DNA of 64,000 nt from an uncultured delta proteobacterium (GCA_963727625.1 CAVSHR010000004.1:736001-800000); one strand, 5' to 3'; numbered from the stretch's first letter, positions 49,632-58,845 are shown. Numbers and translations: made by a program. Notes: generated by a model from the letters alone, not told the origin.

Positions 49632-49873
49632 AAGAAGTCCCTTTATCTGAGATCAAAGACGATCTTTCACGATTTCTGCGTGAGGCGGAGAAGCAGGAGA
49701 TTGTCATAACTCGGCACGGAAAGGCTGCCGGTGTCTTGATCGGATTCGAGTCAGAGGACGACTGGTTTGACTATCGGCTTGAGAACGACTCGCGTTTCCT
49801 CGAGCGGGTCGAACGGGCTCGAAGAAGCTTAAAAGCCGGGCGGGGTATCCGGTTAGAAGATATGCCGAAGTAA
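49601..49873 (+). CDS. Type II antitoxin, Phd/YefM family
   Basis: LSEIK..LS..L..AE..EIVITRHGKAAGVL; overlaps the toxin 3' end. Confidence 0.9.
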   Translation: MAGAVRKARIKEVPLSEIKDDLSRFLREAEKQEIVITRHGKAAGVLIGFESEDDWFDYRLENDSRFLERVERARRSLKAGRGIRLEDMPK

Positions 49874-50101
49874 GCGAGTGTTCTAACCGGCGGCTTGATA
49901 AAGCCGCTTCGCGCTTCTTAGCCTTCGCGCTGCTCGTTCCCGTGGCTAAAAGTCTTGCCAAACAACAGCGTATTGACGACCGATCTTTGGCGTAGTCGTC
50001 CAGCGAGCGCAGACAAACCGCTTAGGGACTTGCTTCCGCACGTTCCTAGGCTCCGCGCTATACTTGAGAACGCTCGGCGCGGTCAGGTGCGCGAAATTTC
50101 T

Positions 50102-50160
50102 GGCTAACCATCGGGTGGAAATGTCGCGCCAAACCGTGCCTCTCACCCAAAACGTTCGGC
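50102..50160 (+). mobile_element. attC site (59 bp)
   Basis: R'' GGCTAAC, inner arms GGGTG(G)A / TCACCC, R' GTTCGGC. Confidence 0.75.
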
Positions 50161-50222
50161 CGCACATCGCCCGAGTGACACAACCTCGCTTTCGTTACGG
50201 AGTTCAGAACAAAGGAGAATTT

Positions 50223-50798
50223 ATGTCACGCATTCGCCCTACAAAGTTCGCCCATGTTGTTTACCGCACGCGCCGTTTCGAGCAGATGGTGCATTGGTAT
50301 GAGACCGTGTTCGACGCCAAGGTCCAGTACCAGAACCCCGTGCTGGCATTCTTGACCTACGACGACGAACACCACCGCATTGCGTTGATCAACCTGTCGG
50401 TGCTTCAGCCGGACGGTACCGAAACCGAGCGTCATGGCTTGATCGGTGTCGACCACGTGGCGTACACGTATGCGTCTTTGAACGACCTGTTCGAAAATTA
50501 TGTGCAGCTCAAGGAGAAGGGAATCCGGCCGTACTGGTGTGTCCATCACGGTATCACGGTGTCGATGTACTACGCCGATCCTGACGGCAATCAGATGGAA
50601 TTTCAGATCGATAGCTATGGGTCGAGTGAAGAGGCCAATGCCTTTATCAACGGGCATTTCACGGTCAATCCCGTTGGCGTTGAGTATGACCCCGAAGATT
50701 GGCTGGTCCGGCTGCGGGCCGGAACACCGGTGTCGGACTTTCTGGTGCGCCGGGTTCACGAACCGGTGTCCCCGGTACGGGGATCGATCGCAGGTTAG
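50223..50798 (+). CDS. VOC family protein (BphC-like single module), cassette-borne
   Basis: FAHVVYRT, FLTYDDEHHRIA, DHVAYTY, HG.T.SMYYADPDGNQME; AAGGAG RBS. Confidence 0.88.
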   Translation: MSRIRPTKFAHVVYRTRRFEQMVHWYETVFDAKVQYQNPVLAFLTYDDEHHRIALINLSVLQPDGTETERHGLIGVDHVAYTYASLNDLFENYVQLKEKGIRPYWCVHHGITVSMYYADPDGNQMEFQIDSYGSSEEANAFINGHFTVNPVGVEYDPEDWLVRLRAGTPVSDFLVRRVHEPVSPVRGSIAG

Positions 50799-50916
50799 TC
50801 GCGGCGAGTTGACGGCGGCTGCTCAATCGGGCTGGTTGCGTTGGTCCACGCTGCCGTTGTCGCCGTTTCATCCGCCTGAGACTCTGCGCTGTAAAGGTTT
50901 CGATTCCGAAGGCCCA

Positions 50917-51010
50917 GCCGAACAAGCGAATCAACCGGAGCGCACGCAGCTTAGTCCGTCTGCCACTGCATGGTAACTTCGCGCGCGCCCGATTATCCTT
51001 GTCGTTACAC
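50917..51010 (+). mobile_element. attC site
   Basis: R'' GCCGAAC, arms CGGAGCGCACGC / GCGCGCGCCCG, R' GTTACAC, 4 nt before the next ATG. Confidence 0.7.
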
Positions 51011-51014
51011 CTCC

Positions 51015-51446
51015 ATGAAAAGTTACAAAATAGCGTTTTTGACAAGTGTAATTTTGATGTCCCTGCCAAGTGCGATGCTGGTTGTGGTTGGCGTAGTGAA
51101 TCTCAGCGCTTCGCACATCCTTTTTTGGGCAGGGATGCTGTTTCTGCCTTGGTTGGTGTATAGGAATCTGGTTCGGGAAGCTAAGCGGTCTTTTGGCGTT
51201 AGTTTTCTGCTCATTAACTTGCTTTGGTGGCCGTTGCTGGCGAGAACCGTGCAACGAGTAATTTTTGCCGTAGAAAATGGGGGCATAGAACGAGCTGACG
51301 GATACGGCTCGCCGCTCGCGTTCCTGATCGGCATGATAGGTGAACAAGCTTATTTCCTTCCAATGACGGTTACATTATTATTCGGTTGCAGGGTGCTTTT
51401 GACATCTAACAACCGACTCGATGAGCCGCAAAAACCGCACGCTTGA
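51015..51446 (+). CDS. Cassette-borne 4-TM membrane protein
   Basis: Starts just after an attC core; its 3' end runs through a degenerate attC (ATCTAAC, encoding SNNRL). Confidence 0.6.
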   Translation: MKSYKIAFLTSVILMSLPSAMLVVVGVVNLSASHILFWAGMLFLPWLVYRNLVREAKRSFGVSFLLINLLWWPLLARTVQRVIFAVENGGIERADGYGSPLAFLIGMIGEQAYFLPMTVTLLFGCRVLLTSNNRLDEPQKPHA

Positions 51447-51669
51447 GTTGATTCATCGTACTGCAAAGAGCAAATCGAACCGCACGATCCCGTACCAAGA
51501 CTGAAGTAAAGCCGTCAAACCTCGATCCCGCGCTCGCCGAATCGCGCAATATCATGAAGCTCTATGCCGCGATGCTCTCAAACCAGATTAATCCAACCAT
51601 GAGTATGAACGTAAGATCGACTCGCCGCGATTATTCTGTTCGCAACTTCAGTCTTAACCACTCGACGGC

Positions 51670-52056
51670 ATGAAACGAAATCGCAAGGCACTTGGGTTGT
51701 TGATGATCGGCGTTTTTCTTGGCATGGCGATCTGGTTTTTCTCGCCCTGGCTTACCGGGAAGGTCGAACCCTGGGACTCGGACGCGCCGATTTGGTCTCT
51801 GTCTTGGTTGGTGGTCGCGCTTTTCGGCGGCGTCACGGGCCATGTTTGCGGCGTGTGCTTGCCGATCGGTTACGCGCTGGGCCGGATGCTGGTCACAATC
51901 CGGTCTGTCTTCTTTGGGCCGTTTGGAGCATTGGGCTGGCTGTTCATAGCAGGCTATGCGATGGCTGCTGTAATTGTCACGTTGGCTCTTGTCGGTGCAA
52001 CGACAACGCTAAAATGGGCTTGGCGCACGCGGAGCGGCAAGGTCGTTGGCGTGTAA
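51670..52056 (+). CDS. Cassette-type membrane protein
   Basis: Four hydrophobic helices; EPWD motif. Confidence 0.6.
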   Translation: MKRNRKALGLLMIGVFLGMAIWFFSPWLTGKVEPWDSDAPIWSLSWLVVALFGGVTGHVCGVCLPIGYALGRMLVTIRSVFFGPFGALGWLFIAGYAMAAVIVTLALVGATTTLKWAWRTRSGKVVGV

Positions 52057-52211
52057 TTCCTCCATCGAACCAAGGTTTTAAAATATTCAACCCCCGAGTA
52101 GAATGGCCGACAAATCATTGTTATCGTAAGTGCTCAACCACCCGTACCAAACCGACCAAAATGTTCTAAATTAGTTCCGATTTTTTGTCGACCAACTATT
52201 AAGGAGGACTC

Positions 52212-52664
52212 ATGTTTCGTTCCCTGCCCTTTCTATTAGCGTCGCTCTTAACAGTATAATCAGCGGCCTTTGGCGCCGATGGTCTGATCTCGGTCAAGAG
52301 CCCCTTTCCAGTGAAAGAAACGATGAACCGGTTCGAGCAATTAGCCAAGAAACGCGGTCTCAATATCTTCGCGCGTGTCGACCACGCAGCCGGCGCGGCA
52401 AAGGTGGGCAAGACGTTGCGGCCCACGGAGGTAATCATCTTCGGTAATCCGCAAGGCGGCACGCCATTCATGGAATGCGCGCAGTCCGTCGGCATCGATC
52501 TGCCGCTCAAGGCGCTTGTCTGGGAGGACGCTCAGGGTCAGGTGTGGCTCGGCTACAACGACCCGGCGTTCCTGGCTAAGCGTCATGGCGCGCCTCAGTG
52601 TCCTGCGGTGGGCGGTTTGACCAAGGCGTTGGCCGGTCTTGCTAAGGCGACGATTGCTCGATGA
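52212..52664 (+). pseudogene. DUF302 family gene with an in-frame TAA in the signal peptide
   Basis: AAGGAGG RBS; MFRSLPFLLASLLTV*SAAFGADGL... continues in frame into ARVDHA, IFGNP.GGTP, GIDLPLK. Confidence 0.8.
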
Positions 52665-52845
52665 GCCGAGAACGCAGGCTACATTACTTCGAGGGATTCG
52701 CACGGGTAGGGCCTGCAGGGAGCGAGCAATTCGTAGAGAGGATCGAAAGGTTAACGGGCCGTCAGCTGGGGATGCGAAAAGCAGGGCGTCCACTTAAGCG
52801 CACCTCGTAAGAAATTGGAATTGTGTCCCCGGAATACCCGTGTAG

Positions 52846-53301
52846 ATGATGAAAGCACACATCTTGCTTGTCCAGTTGGCTTTGGTCGCCTGTTTGCCGG
52901 CATATGTAGCTTCCGCGCAACCGGACTCGTGCGAGTACTTTTTCTCGGCTTTGAGATCAGTTCCACACGAAAAGTTAACCCGCATTGAAGGAGCGCACAA
53001 GTCTCTTTGGGATGGAAAGAAGTATACTGGATGCGAGGTTAAGTTCGTAACCAACGACAAATTGCTTTCTGGCAGAAGGGTCCCAGATTTTGATCCTATT
53101 AAAGACTCAGAGATGCATCGTAAGGGCTGGCGGATGAACAACTCGTTTGTGGCCGATGGACCAGGTACAGGTGTATTTGGAATCGAAAAAGAGTCTGTTC
53201 TATGCCTTGTCAGGCATGAGCAACCAGCCCATCTGGATGATCACGGCAATATTATGCAAAGCGAGACGCTGAGTGTTACGGTTCAATGTAGGTACAGGTA
53301 A
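52846..53301 (+). CDS. Cassette-borne secreted hypothetical protein
   Basis: Signal peptide, Cys residues, ADGP.G motif; followed immediately by an attC. Confidence 0.7.
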   Translation: MMKAHILLVQLALVACLPAYVASAQPDSCEYFFSALRSVPHEKLTRIEGAHKSLWDGKKYTGCEVKFVTNDKLLSGRRVPDFDPIKDSEMHRKGWRMNNSFVADGPGTGVFGIEKESVLCLVRHEQPAHLDDHGNIMQSETLSVTVQCRYR

Positions 53302-53302
53302 A

Positions 53303-53382
53303 GCATAACCCTTGGCTTGAGACAGACCCTCGTCCCGCCACTTGATGGGCGGGGACCCCGCTTCTCAGCCTGAACGTTAGAT
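53303..53382 (+). mobile_element. attC site
   Basis: R'' GCATAAC, L arms GGCT(T)GAGA / TCTCAGCC, R' GTTAGAT. Confidence 0.85.
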
Positions 53383-53440
53383 ATCGAGGGTTCTCAGCGT
53401 CGTGGTTGGTAGGTAGCAAAACTAGAACCGGAGGGAAGGA

Positions 53441-53638
53441 ATGTCTTCTCGCGCCTATCTGGTCATCTCTGGTGTCATCTTCGGAATTGTCGCAGTTCTT
53501 CATTTGCTTCGCCTTGTCAACGGCTGGGCGTTAGAGCTCGGTCCGTGGTCCGCGCCAATATGGCTGTCTTGGTTGGGCGCGGTGGTTCCGGCTCTTCTCT
53601 GCATCTGGGCCTTTCGTTTGGCAAGACAATCGCTTTGA
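53441..53638 (+). CDS. Small two-TM membrane protein
   Basis: IF.IVA.LHLLRL..GW...GP...P.W.SW; GGAGG RBS. Confidence 0.7.
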   Translation: MSSRAYLVISGVIFGIVAVLHLLRLVNGWALELGPWSAPIWLSWLGAVVPALLCIWAFRLARQSL

Positions 53639-53752
53639 GAATGGATTGCGGGTGAGGTACGATTAGCCCGTTTCGCGGGCGCTTGAGCCCGGAAATTACG
53701 GCGGTGTGGGCCGCTGATTAAGCTAACGTTAGAACTCTACCGCCTGTATGCC

Positions 53753-54223
53753 ATGATCTCGATCGACATTCCCGGCTTCCGCAAGCTTGAGCTGGCACAC
53801 CTCGTATCTGACTACAACGGCACACTGGCTCTCGACGGCAAACTGTTGCCTGGCGTTGCGGAGGCACTGTCCGACCTCGCACCCAAACTTCACATTCACG
53901 TCATCACAGCGGACACCTTCGGCTTTGCCAAGGCACAACTCGCAGCGCTTCCTGTTAAGCTGAAAATCATACCGGTCGAATCGCAAGCCGAGGCTAAACT
54001 GCAGTTTTTGTCCGAATTGGGAGCCGATACGGTCGTTGCCATCGGCAATGGCCGCAACGATCGCAAAATGTTGAAGGCCGCCGCCCTGGGCATCGCCCTC
54101 GTTCAAACCGAAGGCGGCGCGGCAGAAACTCTCGCAAGCGCCGATGTCGCCAGCACGAGCATCCTCGACGCGCTGGAGCTTCTGCGCAATCCAAAGCGCC
54201 TCGTCGCCACGCTGAGATCATGA
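53753..54223 (+). CDS. HAD-family soluble P-type-ATPase-like phosphatase
   Basis: DYNGTL, TADTFG, AIGNGRND..ML; preceded by a GTTAGAA core at 53728. Confidence 0.9.
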   Translation: MISIDIPGFRKLELAHLVSDYNGTLALDGKLLPGVAEALSDLAPKLHIHVITADTFGFAKAQLAALPVKLKIIPVESQAEAKLQFLSELGADTVVAIGNGRNDRKMLKAAALGIALVQTEGGAAETLASADVASTSILDALELLRNPKRLVATLRS

Positions 54224-54409
54224 AATGGTAAGTCTCAGCCGCTTGATAGACGAGAAAGATCCGAATTGTCTCAGACGCCTGTGATAGCGGTTGAAACTCT
54301 TCGCTGCTCGAAAATGTGGTTTGCCCACGTGGTGATGTCGCTTGACCGACCTGCCTATTTAGGAATATAGGTTGCAAAACCTCCGGAGACATGGTCGAGG
54401 AAAACGCCC

Positions 54410-54586
54410 ATGGCAAATCCCACCGAAAGACTTTCTTCTCACCTCTCCAGCCGTGCCGGCACCGGAGCAATTCCCGCGCTCAGCGTTCCGGTATGGACGG
54501 CGCAAGAACTGCTTGGGCACCGCCATGTGGACACCACGATGATATACACGCATATTCTAAACCGCGGTGGCAAAGGGGTTCAATGA
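54410..54586 (+). pseudogene. intI: Integron integrase remnant (box II / C-terminus only)
   Basis: ...[29 protein letters not shown] matches the IntI consensus TVQELLGHxDVxTTMIYTHVLNRGGxGV. Confidence 0.85.
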
Positions 54587-55029
54587 AGAAACTCCTCATC
54601 TTGGCGCTCGCCGCAATTGGCGCGGCCACAATTCTCGGTGGCGTAGCGTTTTTCGTTTTTGGCCCGGGGTTTCTGTATTTTGGTATGGCTGGTGGGTCCG
54701 ACTACAAAATTGAGAAGACCGTGCCTTCACCGAGCGGCGCGTATGTAGCGACGCTTTACACTGGCATGGGCGGCGGTGCGGCTGGATCGTGCTCTCAAGT
54801 TATCTCGATCAATACCGTCTCCGAACCACTTTCTTTAGAAGTGGAGAAGAGTTCGGGGCAATACCAGGTATTTCGCGCCAGTTGCAGCGCTAAGGTCACC
54901 TTTCAATGGCTCTCGAATTCAGCCCTTCAGATCGGCTTCGCTGGAACAGACCAAGGCGGTCTGTCCCTTTACTTAAAGCCAATGGATTACTCCGGTCAAG
55001 TCACCTTCGAGTATAGCCTTGGCGCCTAA
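54583..55029 (+). CDS. Cassette-borne membrane-anchored hypothetical protein
   Basis: MKKLLIL N-terminal TM; SPSG.Y.A motif; the stop codon lies in the attC R'' (GCCTAAC). Confidence 0.7.
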   Translation: MKKLLILALAAIGAATILGGVAFFVFGPGFLYFGMAGGSDYKIEKTVPSPSGAYVATLYTGMGGGAAGSCSQVISINTVSEPLSLEVEKSSGQYQVFRASCSAKVTFQWLSNSALQIGFAGTDQGGLSLYLKPMDYSGQVTFEYSLGA

Positions 55030-55149
55030 CCAATCGCTCCACCGTGCCGGTTCAGCGCTAGTCAGCGCGCGCGTCCGTGCGTACTCGACAGTTTGCGCCG
55101 GCCGCGCGCCTCGAACGTTGCCACCGGCCGGTGAGCTCAATCGTTCGCC
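55024..55149 (+). mobile_element. attC site
   Basis: R'' GCCTAAC, arms GCTC(C)ACCG / CGGTGAGC, R' GTTCGCC. Confidence 0.85.
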
Positions 55150-55155
55150 CGCTAA

Positions 55156-55860
55156 ATGGACACGCTAGACACCATAGTTTTAGCATTCCAGGTTGTGTTC
55201 TACGGGATTGGTTTAGCTCTTCTGATCGGAATTGTTCTGGCATGGCGAAGACGTTCGCGAGTTGTGTTCATCAGCCTTATAGTCGGAATAGTTTTCTACT
55301 ATGCCGGCGGACTCGAAATATCGGCTCTGCCTGGATCCACTCAGTACCAGCATCTTCGGATGGCGTGGATGCTGGTGGGTCGTCCCTTCCTACTCGGTTC
55401 ACCTGTGTTCGCTTTCGACTCTGAACGTGCGTTCAATGGAGACGGATATTCGATTTATCGGTACAATCTTCCAGCGTCGATCGCGGAAGGCTTGCAGCGG
55501 CCGCCCGAAACGTTTTTCACGACGCTTCCCAAGAAGCCTTCGTACCGTTCGGAGTGGAAAACGAAATATTGGCGTCGTACACCCGTCGATCAGAGTGAGC
55601 AGGAGTTCGTGCAGTTTGCAGCGCCCATGGGAAATTTTTCCAATGGGATGAGAAGTGAACCGGGGTTTGTGGAGCTTGGTGATGCGGCGAGAAGAGAAGC
55701 CGAATTTTTGCAACAGCTTCTTCGCGAAGAGGATAACTACTACGCTTATTTTTATTTTATGGCGGGTCCGTGGAACGGTATTACTTGGCCCGGGGATATC
55801 GATTTTTTCGTTTTAAATCCACGGAGGCGAGTGCTCTACGTCATTAACAACAACACCTGA
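55156..55860 (+). CDS. Cassette-borne membrane-anchored hypothetical protein
   Basis: Two N-terminal TM helices; fills the space between two attC sites. Confidence 0.75.
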   Translation: MDTLDTIVLAFQVVFYGIGLALLIGIVLAWRRRSRVVFISLIVGIVFYYAGGLEISALPGSTQYQHLRMAWMLVGRPFLLGSPVFAFDSERAFNGDGYSIYRYNLPASIAEGLQRPPETFFTTLPKKPSYRSEWKTKYWRRTPVDQSEQEFVQFAAPMGNFSNGMRSEPGFVELGDAARREAEFLQQLLREEDNYYAYFYFMAGPWNGITWPGDIDFFVLNPRRRVLYVINNNT

Positions 55861-55863
55861 ACG

Positions 55864-55944
55864 GGCTAACAACCGGCTTGAGAAGGGTCTTCGACCCGCT
55901 CGGTACACTCGCTGGTCTCGCCCTCTCAGCCTGAATCGTTCGCC
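55864..55944 (+). mobile_element. attC site
   Basis: R'' GGCTAAC, arms GGCT(T)GAGA / TCTCAGCC, R' GTTCGCC. Confidence 0.85.
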
Positions 55945-56000
55945 CGACCTCAGATGGTCGTGCGAACGGGTCGGCGGAATTAATACGAGAGGAGAAATAC

Positions 56001-56369
56001 ATGATAGAACACACCCTCGACGCTGAGAATTCCATTCTGTATCTTCGACCAAAGTCCGCGCTCGCGCGAGACGACTTCGTGCAACTCGCGAAAGCGGTTG
56101 ACCCATACATTGAGAAAACCGGGGGACTCGACGGTCTAATCATTGAGGCTACTACGTTTCCCGGATGGGAGAGTCTTGGAGCAATGGCGGCCCACCTCCG
56201 CTTCGTGCGAGATCATCACAAGCGTATCAAGAAGATTGGCCTCGTAACCGATTCTGCCTTGGGAAATGTCGCAGAACATCTGGCATCACACTTTGTGTCA
56301 GCCGAGATCAGGCATTTTTCTGCGGGGGAGATTGAGGCTGCAAAGCAATGGATCATGGACCGCAGTTGA
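56001..56369 (+). CDS. SpoIIAA-like (STAS/SEC14) protein
   Basis: L...DF, FPGWE, H.RF..DHH..IKKI..VTD, F......A..WI; GAGGAG RBS. Confidence 0.85.
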   Translation: MIEHTLDAENSILYLRPKSALARDDFVQLAKAVDPYIEKTGGLDGLIIEATTFPGWESLGAMAAHLRFVRDHHKRIKKIGLVTDSALGNVAEHLASHFVSAEIRHFSAGEIEAAKQWIMDRS

Positions 56370-56372
56370 TTC

Positions 56373-56442
56373 GCCTAACACGACGCTCCACCCGCCTGCT
56401 CACCGCTACGCGGTTCGCAGCGGGTAAGCTTAGTCGCTACGC
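56373..56442 (+). mobile_element. Terminal attC site with a mutated core (GCT instead of GTT)
   Basis: R'' GCCTAAC, arms GCTCCACCCGC / GCGGGTAAGC, R' GCTACGC. Confidence 0.7.
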
Positions 56443-56465
56443 TTGGACCGGATGTCCCAACGAAC

Positions 56466-57725
56466 TCAGCAAGCCTTCCGCAGTGCACGTGGTCGGGAAA
56501 TTTTGCTCGACAAGATAACTGGAACCACCCCATCGATATACATAAAAAACCGCCCTACGGCTTGATGATCAGCGACGACTGCTCTTCTTCCTTCTTCTGC
56601 CTTTTCCTGCGACATGAAGTAAGCGAAGCTCTTCTGCACAAGGCCGGTGAGAAAAGACACGTCGAGCGGGCCGGGGTCGCCTTCGCCGACTTGCAAACCG
56701 ACGGCAAGGGAGAGCTTCGCCTGCTCCGGCCGCTGGGTTTCGAAGAAATAGAGCGCCATGTCTTCCATGCGCCGCTTGAAAGCCTTGCCGTTGTCCCCGC
56801 TGCAAAGCGCTTTAACCGCTTCGCGCACGATGGCGGATAGGCGCTCTTCTTTTTGCAGCGGATTGAGCACCAGCCGGCTGGTCTGCGCTTCTTGGATCTG
56901 CGGCAAATAGGCTTGGACCCAGTCGTCGGTCAAAATCCAGTAGCGCAGCTCGGGCTCGTCGAGCAGGCGGCGCGACAGTTCCCGCCAGGCGCCGTCGCGC
57001 GCTTCTTCCGCGGCTAACTTTTCATAGATCGGGTGGCTGACCTCTTTGGGCTTGCCGGTGGCGATGACCGAGCGAATCTCGTGAAAGTTTTCCAGGCCGC
57101 TCTGGCCGCGCGCCTTGGCGTGCTCGTAGCCCTCGTACATTATTTGATCGGCGTATTCCCAGGGAATCGAGATCATGCTGACTTCATGTTGCCGCTTGAT
57201 CTCGTCGGCCATATTGCGCAGCTCTTTGCGCCGCATCTGCATGCCGCCGACGCGCAGCAATCCTTCACGGTCATGCAGCATCGCTTGAATGACTCGTAAT
57301 CCATGGCTCGGCTGCGCCCTGGCGATCCAGATCAGCCGCCCGCCGCCGCCGTCCACCGCCGACATATAGGCTTCGATCTCCGGGCCATGGCTAAATAGCG
57401 GCGCGGCGGATGTCGCTTCACCCGCCGCAGGCTGGGGCACCGCGAAGCCGCGCTGCGCCAATTTAAAAAGTGCGCGCTTGATTTCTTTCTTGATCTCCTT
57501 GCCGGCCATCTGCCGCTCGATCTCGCCGAGCGCCTGCACCGCTGCCGCATCAGCGATTTTACCCAATGAAAATACCACCGCCAGATCCGTTTCCCGGCCC
57601 TTGCCCAACTGTTCCCGCAGTCTAGCGACGAGGGTCGGGGAGTCGGCAGCGAAGTCCACGCCTGCTTTGGCGAGCTCGTCCATGCCGCGGCGGATCGTCT
57701 CGTCGATATTTTTCTTCTTGGCCAA
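56466..57725 (-). CDS. Hypothetical protein with an N-terminal HEAT-like segment; C-terminus probably frameshifted
   Basis: LGKI...A..AL, KEIKRALFKL, S.VDG.G.R; an alternate frame gives ...SSLIIKP* ending at 56555. Confidence 0.7.
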   Translation of the reverse strand: MAKKKNIDETIRRGMDELAKAGVDFAADSPTLVARLREQLGKGRETDLAVVFSLGKIADAAAVQALGEIERQMAGKEIKKEIKRALFKLAQRGFAVPQPAAGEATSAAPLFSHGPEIEAYMSAVDGGGGRLIWIARAQPSHGLRVIQAMLHDREGLLRVGGMQMRRKELRNMADEIKRQHEVSMISIPWEYADQIMYEGYEHAKARGQSGLENFHEIRSVIATGKPKEVSHPIYEKLAAEEARDGAWRELSRRLLDEPELRYWILTDDWVQAYLPQIQEAQTSRLVLNPLQKEERLSAIVREAVKALCSGDNGKAFKRRMEDMALYFFETQRPEQAKLSLAVGLQVGEGDPGPLDVSFLTGLVQKSFAYFMSQEKAEEGRRAVVADHQAVGRFFMYIDGVVPVILSSKISRPRALRKAC

Positions 57726-57903
57726 ACTCTCGTATCCTATGATTCACGAACGGAACAAACTTAGACTCTTAACTGTAACACTAGCTGAATACTGCTTCCG
57801 AACGTCAATCGAGTCGCCTAGATCGCGCGCTAGGCTCGGGATGACATACACGAAGCGAGGCAGCTTGCTTCAAGTCGATTTGAAATCAAATTTACGCCGG
57901 CTC

Positions 57904-58845
57904 CTACAGTCTCGACAGATCCGTGATCTTCCCCTGCCTGCCGGCGAAGGCGAAGTTCGGCCACTCTTCCACCTGCGCGTCGCGATAGTTGTCGCGATAC
58001 CATTGGGCGACTTCACCGGCGGTGGCGAACCAGACCTTGCCATGCTTCTTGGCGTAGCGAATAAACTCGCGCAACAGCAGCGCGCGAAACGGCCGGCCAC
58101 CGACGAACGGATGGTTGCCCCACATCATGAACTTCGGATCGGTGGCGCCTTCTTCGTAAAGACAATCGAAGCAATCCTTCCACATCTGCAACAGATCGCG
58201 CGGCGTGCGCCCGGCGCGCTGGTAGCTGGAATAGTCGTTCAAGTCCTGGAAGTATGCGAGCACCGTCAGCTCTTTACGCTTAACTTTTAAAGTATAGGGC
58301 GTTTCTTGATGCTGTGGGTCCATCCAGTACCTATAACCCAGCTCCAAAATAATCTCAGGGGTCACGGCGCTCGGCGCCACGCCGGTCGAAAGATAACCCA
58401 CCGGCGCCTTACCGATGACTTTTTTCACCGCGGCGACGGTTTTTTGCAGATCTTTTTTCTCGGTCGCGCGCCTTTTCATGTAGCTGTAATCATGAATCCA
58501 GGTTTCCGTGCCGATCTCGTGCCCATATTCGGCGGCTTCTTTAAAAATCTCCGGATAATTTTGCACGGTGATGCCGGTGGGGAAAAAGCTGGTACGGATC
58601 TTCTCTTTTTCGAAGACTTCGAGCATGCGATAAATGCCCACCCGCTCGCCGAATTCACGGTCAGTGATGATCGCCAGATTTTTCTTGGTGACTGCGTTTC
58701 TTGGGAAGCTCCGCCGATTTTCCTGTTGCAGCGTATTCGGCCCGCCGAGATCCTCCGGCCAAGTTTCGAAAGCCACGCAGGGCGTGATCGCGATGCGCGC
58801 GCCATTGGGCCATTTGATCGGTTTTCGCTTCGGTCTGACTTTCAT
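57904..58845 (-). CDS. Polysaccharide deacetylase family (PuuE-like)
   Basis: WPNGARIA, EFGERVGIYRML, GHEIG, HPFVGGRPFR, VWFAT. Confidence 0.85.
   Translation of the reverse strand: MKVRPKRKPIKWPNGARIAITPCVAFETWPEDLGGPNTLQQENRRSFPRNAVTKKNLAIITDREFGERVGIYRMLEVFEKEKIRTSFFPTGITVQNYPEIFKEAAEYGHEIGTETWIHDYSYMKRRATEKKDLQKTVAAVKKVIGKAPVGYLSTGVAPSAVTPEIILELGYRYWMDPQHQETPYTLKVKRKELTVLAYFQDLNDYSSYQRAGRTPRDLLQMWKDCFDCLYEEGATDPKFMMWGNHPFVGGRPFRALLLREFIRYAKKHGKVWFATAGEVAQWYRDNYRDAQVEEWPNFAFAGRQGKITDLSRL

Larger units (their letters stand above)
49301..56442 (+). mobile_element. Decaying integron gene-cassette array (CALIN-like) with an integrase remnant
   Basis: Co-oriented short ORFs with lower GC, separated by RYYYAAC...GTTRRRY-type imperfect palindromes; TA module; IntI C-terminal peptide. 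Confidence 0.88.

Noticed and set aside
54391-54582. N-terminal extension of the 54391-55029 ORF
   Set aside because: It is an off-frame reading of the intI remnant; the credible start is MKKLL at 54583.
54578-54584. GTTCAAT as a cassette insertion point into intI
   Set aside because: It does not complement that cassette's R'' (GCCTAAC), so integrase-mediated insertion is unsupported.
49090-56460. Prophage or IS element
   Set aside because: No phage structural genes, transposase, terminal inverted repeats or tRNA target; attC structure explains the region better.
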